Below the pieces are notes generated by a model. It made no database searches, had not been told where the DNA came from, and worked only from the letters and a program-made list of their open reading frames with translations. A DNA stretch of 64,000 nucleotides from an uncultured Chloroflexia bacterium (GTDB lineage: Bacteria; Chloroflexota; Limnocylindria; Limnocylindrales; CSP1-4): the NCBI GenBank assembly GCA_963707215.1, contig CAVPPB010000003.1, positions 864,001 to 928,000 on the forward strand. Reading direction: 5' to 3'. A program made the position numbers and the translations under genes. Of this stretch, positions 57,255 to 64,000 are shown piece after piece. Numbering within the stretch: position 1 is the stretch's first letter; each line of letters opens with the position of its first letter.

Positions 57255-59180
57255 CTATTCCTCCTCGTCCTCGCCCGCGGCCGAGCCCTTCGACCGCTGG
57301 CGGGCGACGTAGACGAGGCCGATGACGACGATCGCGGCGATCGCCACCAGGGCCACGATCAGGAGCGTGTTGTCCCCCTCGTCGCCGGTCGAGCCGCCGT
57401 CGTCGGGGCTTGCGCTCGGCGCGGCCGAGGCACCGGGCTCCGCCGAGGCGCCCGGCTCGGGGCTGGGTGTCTCGCCGGCCGCCGTCAACAGCGTGTAGCC
57501 CAGCGGACCGTAGCCGAAGAGCGGCGCGCCGTTGGCGGTGGGCTGGTTCTGCCAGCCGCCGAACCGGTCGGTCCGGTAGACGGCCAGGGTGGCGTCATAG
57601 AACAGGATGTGGTAGGGCGCCTCGTCGTAGTAGAGGTTCTGCATCTCGGCGATGATCGACTGGCGCTCCTCGTTCGAGGTCGCCTCGTTCTGCTGCTCGA
57701 AGAGCGCGTCGTACTCGGGATTGCACCAGAGGCTGTCAGAGCTGCCGCCGATCGAATCGCAGCGGAAGATGTCCAGCAGCGAGTTCGGGTCGACGTCGCC
57801 GGCCCAGCCCCAGATGAAGAGATCGTAGTCGGCCGTGTACTCGTCGCCGGCCTCCGGCGGGAGCATCAGGTCGACCAGGGTCCCGGAGTCGAAGACCTGG
57901 CTGGTGACGGAGATCCCAAGCTCGCCGAACCAGTCGGTGATGAACTGGGCCGAGTTCGGGTAGACCTCGTCGCTGTCGGGCATGACCAGCCGGAGCTGGA
58001 TCGGGTTGCCCTCCTTGTCGAGGCGGTTGCCGTTGGCGTCGAGGACGTAGCCGGCCTCCTCGAGCTTCTGCTTGGCCAGCTCGATGTCGAAGGTCCGGGG
58101 GTTGTCGGGCTCGACGTGCCAGGCGGTCTGGAACGGCGGCACGTTGGTCGTGCCCGGGGTGCCGTAGCCACCCAGGACCCGCTCGACGAGGAGCTCGGTG
58201 TCGACCGCGTAGCCGAGGGCGTCACGGAAGGCGGTGTCCTGGAGCGCCTTGGTCGACGGGCCGCCACCCTCGATGACATTGCCGGTCCCGGTGCCGTAGG
58301 CGTTGAAGCCCAGCTGGGTCCAGCCGTTCGCGTCCGCGGCGACGGTCTCGATGTCCTCCATCGTGGAGAGCTGGTCGAACTGGTCGGGGTTGACGGACGA
58401 CGCGTAGTCGAGCTCGCCGTTCTGGATGGCCGCGGCCATCGTGCCGCTATCGCCGAAGATCTGGATGACGACCGTCTCGGCCGCTCCGTTCGGCTTGACG
58501 TAGTCCGGGTTCTTGGAGAAGCGGATGAACTGGCCGGTCTGCCACTCCTGGGCCTGGTAGGGGCCGGAGCCGACGACCGGCGGATCGTTGGTGTATTCGC
58601 AGATCGTGTCGAGCGTCTGGGTCTCCCAGATGTGCTTCGGCAGGATCGGGATGTAGGTCTTGAGGATCTGGTCGTTGGGCCGATCGGTCACGACCTCGAC
58701 GGTCTCGGCGTCGACGGCCCGGACCTCGGTGACGCCGGCGTTCGAGAGGTAGTAGTCGAGGTAGCTGAGGCAGACCCCGCCGTACTCCTCGTTCGCGAAG
58801 GCGTCAAGGATGAGCTGGAACGTCCAGGCCACGTCCTCGGCGGTCGCCGGGGTGCCGTCGGACCAGACGTTGCCGGGCTGCATCTCGAAGGTCCAGGTCA
58901 GCCCGTCGTCCGACTGCGACCACGCCGAGGCGAAGTCCGGGACCGGCTCCAGGTCCGGCCCGAAGCCGACCAGGAGCTGGTAGTTCAGGGTGAAGACCTC
59001 GAACCCGACGACGAGGGCCGTCTGCCACGGGTTCATCGAGTCGAGGTCCTGGGTCGTCCCGACCCGCAGGGTCAGGTCATCCTGGGCGACCGCGGGGGCT
59101 GCTGCGGGGACGAGCAGGGCGCTCGCCAATCCGAGCGCCACCAGCGACCGCAAGCCGCGAGCACGCAGCGTCAACGCCAT
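57255..59180 (-). CDS. Family 5 ABC substrate-binding protein with C-terminal TM anchor
   Basis: Signal peptide ending AVA-Q, DGLTWTF, WSDGTP.TAEDV, GSGPY, AKQKLEEAGY; C-terminal LLIVALVAIAAIVVIGLVYVARQR; SD GGAGG. Confidence 0.92.
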   Translation of the reverse strand: MALTLRARGLRSLVALGLASALLVPAAAPAVAQDDLTLRVGTTQDLDSMNPWQTALVVGFEVFTLNYQLLVGFGPDLEPVPDFASAWSQSDDGLTWTFEMQPGNVWSDGTPATAEDVAWTFQLILDAFANEEYGGVCLSYLDYYLSNAGVTEVRAVDAETVEVVTDRPNDQILKTYIPILPKHIWETQTLDTICEYTNDPPVVGSGPYQAQEWQTGQFIRFSKNPDYVKPNGAAETVVIQIFGDSGTMAAAIQNGELDYASSVNPDQFDQLSTMEDIETVAADANGWTQLGFNAYGTGTGNVIEGGGPSTKALQDTAFRDALGYAVDTELLVERVLGGYGTPGTTNVPPFQTAWHVEPDNPRTFDIELAKQKLEEAGYVLDANGNRLDKEGNPIQLRLVMPDSDEVYPNSAQFITDWFGELGISVTSQVFDSGTLVDLMLPPEAGDEYTADYDLFIWGWAGDVDPNSLLDIFRCDSIGGSSDSLWCNPEYDALFEQQNEATSNEERQSIIAEMQNLYYDEAPYHILFYDATLAVYRTDRFGGWQNQPTANGAPLFGYGPLGYTLLTAAGETPSPEPGASAEPGASAAPSASPDDGGSTGDEGDNTLLIVALVAIAAIVVIGLVYVARQRSKGSAAGEDEEE

Positions 59181-59338
59181 CAGGTCCCACCTCCAGGTGC
59201 GTCGGACGGCCGCACGGTCGTCCTTCAAGCCCAAGTACCGGCTCCCCTCCGGCACGAGGTGCGCGGCGGCAGCGTGGCACACCGGCCACCTGCGCGCAAC
59301 TCGGGAGCCCACGCCCCGTGTGGCGGGCATCGCCCGGG

Positions 59339-60283
59339 TCATGGGTCGGCGGTCACGACCTCCTCGACGACCAGTCGTCCGGCATCGGCGTCGAGGGTGG
59401 CCACGGCTCCCAGCGGGACCGTCGCGTGATGCTTGCCGTGGCCGACCGGCAGGCCGTAGATGACCGGGACGCCGAGCGGGCCCAGCAGCTCCTCCAGGAC
59501 GTCCTCCGTCGACAGCTCGGTGAGGTAGCCGCTCTTCTTGGTCCGGACGTCGCCGACGACGATGCCGGCGGCCTGCGAGAGCTTCCCCGCGTTCCGAAGG
59601 TGGGTCAGGATCGCGTCGAAGTCCTCGGTGTCGAGGGCGATCTCCTCCAGGACCAGGATCCGGCCCTCCGTCTCCATCTCGACCGCGGTGCCGATGCTCG
59701 TCGAGAGCAGGCCGGCGCACCCCCCGGCCAGACGGCCCCGGGCGGTCCCGCCGTGGATCGTCCGGACATAGGAGTCGTCCGGGCTTGGCGGGATCTCCCC
59801 ATACGGGTCACCGGAGAACAGCGCCCGGCGGAGCGTTTCGCGCGACCAGTCAGTGACCTCCGGCGAGCCCAGACCGGCCGCCCCGTTCGAGTAGAACGAG
59901 ATCGTGTCGTTCCAGCTGGCCAGGGCGAGATGGATCGTCGTCACGTCGGAGTAGCCGCATAGCGCCTTCGGCGGCCCGCCGAGGATCCCGGGATCCAGGA
60001 GCGGGATGAGGCGCGGTGAGCCGTACCCGCCCTGGAGACAGAAGACGGCCCGGATCCCGGGATCCGCCCAGGCCCGCTGGAGATCGGCGACGCGGTCCTG
60101 GTCGCGGCCGGCGAAGTAGCCGTGACGGTCGCTGACGTGTTCGCCAAGGACCACCCGGAGGCCCCACGACTCGAGCGCGGAGACGGCCCGCAGCAGCTCG
60201 GAGCGGTTCTCCCAGGGGCTGGCGGTGGCGACGACGGCGACCGTGTCGCCCTGTCGCAGGCGGGGTGGCTTGCGCACTGCCAT
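59339..60283 (-). CDS. S66 family peptidase (LD-carboxypeptidase/MccF-like)
   Basis: L..GDTVAVVA, GGYG, GYSD (Ser), LEE (Glu), GHG (His). Confidence 0.9.
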   Translation of the reverse strand: MAVRKPPRLRQGDTVAVVATASPWENRSELLRAVSALESWGLRVVLGEHVSDRHGYFAGRDQDRVADLQRAWADPGIRAVFCLQGGYGSPRLIPLLDPGILGGPPKALCGYSDVTTIHLALASWNDTISFYSNGAAGLGSPEVTDWSRETLRRALFSGDPYGEIPPSPDDSYVRTIHGGTARGRLAGGCAGLLSTSIGTAVEMETEGRILVLEEIALDTEDFDAILTHLRNAGKLSQAAGIVVGDVRTKKSGYLTELSTEDVLEELLGPLGVPVIYGLPVGHGKHHATVPLGAVATLDADAGRLVVEEVVTADP

Positions 60284-61482
60284 CAGACGAGGAACCTCCG
60301 TGGCGGGTCGAGGTCAACGAGGGCCGGCCGGTCGATCCGGAAGGCGCCGATCTCACCGATCGAGGGAGTCGCGCCATCGATGGCGAGCTCGGCCGCGATG
60401 CGCCCCAGGACCGAGGCGAACTTGAAGCCGTGGGCTGCGCCCTGGAGGACCACGACCCCCGGCGAGCCTGGCAGCTGGTCCACGATGAGGTCGCGATCGG
60501 GGGTCATCGTGTAGAGGCAGGTCCGGGTCAGGAGCGGCGGCCCGACGGCGGTCGGCAGGTGGTCGCGCAGGAACGCCTCCAGGCGGGCTGCGGCGGCGGG
60601 GTCGGGGTCGAAGGTCCGCGTGTCCGGGGTGACCTCCCGACCGCCGACATCCTGGGCGGCCTTCGGCCCCATTTCCCCGTAGGTCGGGAAGCCATAGAAC
60701 GAGGGATCGTCCATCCAGATCCAGATCGGGAAGCGGTCCGGAGCGAAGGCCGCGGGGTCCGGCGCTGCGAAGTAGGTCACCTGCTCCTGGGTGACCGTCA
60801 GCGGCAGGTGAAGGTCGAACGAGGCAAGCACCTCGTTGGTCCAGGCGTCGGCTGCCACGATGACCCGGGCCGCCTCGTGAACGGTGCCGTCGGCGAGGGT
60901 CAACCGGTACGCGCCACCGAGATCGCGGATAGCGACCACCGGCGACGCCCCGACCAGGGTGGCTCCGCGTCGGAGCGCCAGCTCGCGGTGGGCAGCGTTG
61001 CCCCGGTACGGATCGGCCAGCCCCGAGCGAGCCTGATAGAGCGCGACGGTATCGTCGTCCAGGTGCCACTGCGGCCAGCGCCGCATCACCTCGGCCGCAT
61101 CCAGCCGTTCGAACGGGACCTCCTCGGCGGCCATGCTGGCCGCGTAGTCCGCCTCGGGGATGGCGCAGCCATGGGGGAAGAGGTCGAGCCCCCCCGTGAC
61201 GGTGACGACCTGGCTCCCCGTCTCGACCTCGACCTCGGCCCAGGTCTCGTAGGCCCGCTCGGCCAGGCGAACGTAGTCGGGTCGGTGGTAGCTGAGGCGG
61301 ATGATCCGGCTGTGGTCAGCCGACGCCCCGTTCGCGTGGCCGATCTCGAAGCGCTCGAAGGCGACGACCCGGGCGCCGACCCGGCCGGCCAGCCAACAGG
61401 CGGCCGCCGACCCGAGCGCGCCCAGCCCGACGACCGCAGCCTCCCAGGTCCGGCCGACCCTGGCGGCTCCCCCGGGGCTCAT
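60283..61482 (-). CDS. solA: N-methyl-L-tryptophan/monomeric sarcosine oxidase
   Basis: VVGLGALG FAD motif, GASADHSRIIR, CLYTMTPD, HGFKFAS. Confidence 0.87.
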   Translation of the reverse strand: MSPGGAARVGRTWEAAVVGLGALGSAAACWLAGRVGARVVAFERFEIGHANGASADHSRIIRLSYHRPDYVRLAERAYETWAEVEVETGSQVVTVTGGLDLFPHGCAIPEADYAASMAAEEVPFERLDAAEVMRRWPQWHLDDDTVALYQARSGLADPYRGNAAHRELALRRGATLVGASPVVAIRDLGGAYRLTLADGTVHEAARVIVAADAWTNEVLASFDLHLPLTVTQEQVTYFAAPDPAAFAPDRFPIWIWMDDPSFYGFPTYGEMGPKAAQDVGGREVTPDTRTFDPDPAAAARLEAFLRDHLPTAVGPPLLTRTCLYTMTPDRDLIVDQLPGSPGVVVLQGAAHGFKFASVLGRIAAELAIDGATPSIGEIGAFRIDRPALVDLDPPRRFLV

Positions 61483-61588
61483 GGCGGATCCCCGGGCAAC
61501 GCGATCGCCTCGGGCCCGAGCCGTTCCTCGAGGTAGCGCCGGATGTCCCGCGCAGGGCACGCCGCGCGGTCGCTGGCCCGGCGCATGC

Positions 61589-62143
61589 TCAACACCCGGA
61601 TCCGTCGAGTGCATAGCGCAGCAGCCCGATCTGGGTCATCGCGTCGGTGATCTCACCGCGGTCGATCATCGCCAGCGCCTCGTCGAGCTCGACCCAGCGA
61701 AGCTCCAGCTCCTCCGTCCCCTCGGGCTCGGCCGCGCCGGGCTCCAGGTCGGTCGCCACGTAGAGGATGCCGGCTTCGTCGGTGACCGAGTTCGAGGTGT
61801 GGAACCGGACGAGCTCTCGCCAATCGGCGGCCCGGAACCCGGTCTCTTCGGCCAGCTCTCGGCGAGCACCCTCCAACGGGTCCTCGTCGAGCGGGGCGCC
61901 GCCCTCCGGGAGCTCCCACGACCAGGCGTCGAGCGTGTACCGGTGCTGCCCGACGAGGAGGATCCGACCAGCGAGGTCCACCGCTACGATCCCGACCGCG
62001 AGGTTGCGGAACTGGACGACGCCATAGACACCGGGCGTGCCATCCGGCCGCGTCACCTCGTCATGGACGACCCGGATCCAGGCGTTCTCGTAGGCGACCT
62101 GCCTGTCGTGACGGGTCCAGGGGTTCCGGCGGTCCGCGGGCAT
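61589..62143 (-). CDS. NUDIX hydrolase (ADP-ribose pyrophosphatase-like)
   Basis: QHRY, ELPEGG.....PLEGARRELAEETGF Nudix box, GEITDAMT. Confidence 0.9.
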   Translation of the reverse strand: MPADRRNPWTRHDRQVAYENAWIRVVHDEVTRPDGTPGVYGVVQFRNLAVGIVAVDLAGRILLVGQHRYTLDAWSWELPEGGAPLDEDPLEGARRELAEETGFRAADWRELVRFHTSNSVTDEAGILYVATDLEPGAAEPEGTEELELRWVELDEALAMIDRGEITDAMTQIGLLRYALDGSGC

Positions 62144-62194
62144 GCGCGGAATGGTAGCGGTCGTCGTCGGCCGGGCGGCGTAGACTCCGGCCCC

Positions 62195-64000
62195 ATGACC
62201 GCCCAGGAGCGCCCCGCGTCCGGCCCCCGATACGACGTCGAGGCCCGCTGGGACGTCCGGATCCCGGTCCGCGACGGCCTCGAGCTGTCCTCCAACATCT
62301 GGCTGCCGGTGCCGGACCCCGAGCGGCCCGACGAGCGCTTCCCGGTCGTCCTCGAGATGATCCCCTACGGCAAGGACAGCTGGCGGCGCAATGGCGACGT
62401 CATGCGGGGGACCTGGCTCGCCCGCCGCGGGTACGCGCTCTGCCGGCTCGACGTCCGGGGGACGGGCAGCTCGCCGGGCGTCGCGGTCGACGAGTATGCG
62501 GAGGCGGAGACGCTCGACGGCTACGACGCCGTCGAGTGGCTGGCCGCCCGACCCTGGTGCGACGGCAACGTGGCGATGTGGGGGATCAGCTACGGTGGCT
62601 TCACCGCGATCCAGGTCGCCAAGCTGCGGCCGCCCCACCTCCGGGCGATCGTGCCGGTCTACGCGACCGACGACCGCTACCTCGACGACGTCCACTATCG
62701 CGGCGGCTGCCTGACGGCCAGCGAGCTCTCGCAGTACGCCGTCAGCCAGGTCGCCATGAACGCCATGCCGCCGGATCCGTCGTTCCGTGGGCCCGACTGG
62801 CGGACCGAGTGGCGCGATCGCCTGGAGCGGACTCCCGTGTGGCTGTTCGAGTGGCTCCGCCGGCCGACCGATGGACCGTACTGGCGCCAGGGATCGCTGG
62901 CACCCGAGTACGAAGCGCTCGACTGCGCCGTCTACCAGGTCGGTGGCTGGAATGACAGCTACGTGGACCCGGTCTTCCGGATGCAGGCTCGCTGCACGAG
63001 TGCCGACGTGCGCTCCCTCGTCGGGCCGTGGGGCCACAGCTGGCCCGACGACGCCACGCCCGGCCCGAACGTCGACTGGCTCCACGAGGTCATCCGATTC
63101 TTCGACCGCCACCTCCGGGGGCTCGCCAGCGACGTCGACGCGGAGCCCCGCCTCGTCTGGTTCGAGCGGGACTTCTCGCCGCCCGAGCCGTTCCCGGCTG
63201 CCTGGACCGGGCGCTGGCGGGCCACCGACCGGTTCCCTCACCCGGCGACCGTGGACCACGCCTGGAAGCTGGTCGGCGGCGAGCTGCCGGGCATCGGTCG
63301 CCTGGTCGACGCGCGATCGGCGGCCCCTGCCAGGGACCCGGCGGGCGACGACCGGGGGCCCGACCGGCTGCCCCACCGGGCGACCGTGGGGACGACCGGG
63401 GCGCTGTCGTGGGGAGCCGGCGGTGAGCCGAACGGGCTCGGGCGCGATCCGCGACCGGACGAGGCACGGTCGCTGACCTGGACCAGCGAGCCCCTCGACA
63501 CCGCTGTGGCGATCCTGGGCTTCCCGGCCCTGGTCCTTCATCTCGCCGTCGACGCGCCGGTGGCCACCATCGTCTGTCGGCTCATGGACGTCGCCCCGGA
63601 CGGGATCTCCTCGCAGGTCTCGCTGGGGGCCCTCAACCTGACCCATCGACGCTCGCACCAGGCGCCGGAGCCGCTCGAGCCGGGTCGGGTCGAGGAGGCC
63701 CGGGTGCTCCTCCGTGCGGCCGGCTATCGGTTCGCCCCCGGCCACCGCATCCGCGTGAGCATCGCATCGCAGTACTGGCCGGTCCTCTGGCCGTCGCCGT
63801 ACCCGGCCACGATCGAGGTCCACCGAGACGCCGCGCATCCGTCGAGGCTCGAGCTGCCGACCGTCCCGGAGGCAGGCGGCATCGGCGATCGGCCCGTGCC
63901 GGCGTTCGGGACGACAGCTCCTGGCGACCTGGTGCCCGTCGGCGGCGGCGACGAGGAGCCGGCCGCCTGGCGGGTCGTCGAAGACGTCCTGGCAGGGACC
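62195..64000 (+). CDS. CocE/NonD family hydrolase (S15), runs off window end
   Basis: Manual translation: IPVRDG, IPYGKD, DVRGTGSS.G, WCDGNVAMWGISYGG, GGWNDSY, GPWGH; frame open to 64000. Confidence 0.9.
   Translation, partial: MTAQERPASGPRYDVEARWDVRIPVRDGLELSSNIWLPVPDPERPDERFPVVLEMIPYGKDSWRRNGDVMRGTWLARRGYALCRLDVRGTGSSPGVAVDEYAEAETLDGYDAVEWLAARPWCDGNVAMWGISYGGFTAIQVAKLRPPHLRAIVPVYATDDRYLDDVHYRGGCLTASELSQYAVSQVAMNAMPPDPSFRGPDWRTEWRDRLERTPVWLFEWLRRPTDGPYWRQGSLAPEYEALDCAVYQVGGWNDSYVDPVFRMQARCTSADVRSLVGPWGHSWPDDATPGPNVDWLHEVIRFFDRHLRGLASDVDAEPRLVWFERDFSPPEPFPAAWTGRWRATDRFPHPATVDHAWKLVGGELPGIGRLVDARSAAPARDPAGDDRGPDRLPHRATVGTTGALSWGAGGEPNGLGRDPRPDEARSLTWTSEPLDTAVAILGFPALVLHLAVDAPVATIVCRLMDVAPDGISSQVSLGALNLTHRRSHQAPEPLEPGRVEEARVLLRAAGYRFAPGHRIRVSIASQYWPVLWPSPYPATIEVHRDAAHPSRLELPTVPEAGGIGDRPVPAFGTTAPGDLVPVGGGDEEPAAWRVVEDVLAGT

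Overview
This is a very GC-rich (about 70% or more by eye), gene-dense bacterial chromosomal segment of about 57 CDS. I found no rRNA, tRNA, CRISPR array, integrase or transposase. Gene content suggests Chloroflexota, possibly Limnocylindria-like, which is an inference from the PAC2 protein, GAAC-N4-GTTC SOS box, STAND-type adenylate cyclase, SpoIID/CWB2 protein and leaderless promoters. Core and housekeeping genes: glgC (frameshifted), M23 peptidase, prepilin peptidase, pepA, add, ccsB, class II B12-dependent ribonucleotide reductase nrdJ (two frameshifts), msrA, map, ybaK, a DEAD-box helicase, tag and an aquaporin. Signalling genes: two class III nucleotide cyclases, a GGDEF-EAL protein, and a six-GAF/PAS histidine kinase with a NarL-type regulator. 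The window ends with a peptide ABC-import and catabolic cluster. Most notable observations: (1) a GreA transcript-cleavage factor fused to an N-terminal degenerate GIY-YIG-like domain; (2) an nrdJ upstream region that stacks a LexA box inside a promoter, a helically phased array of DnaA-box-like 9-mers, and tandem NrdR boxes; (3) a DEAD-box helicase apparently initiated at ATA; (4) pervasive leaderless promoter geometry (TANNNT, 6-8 nt, start codon); (5) a shared NarL-type motif upstream of the kinase, the regulator and an unannotated small membrane peptide. All functional calls come from reading motifs by eye; no database searches were run.
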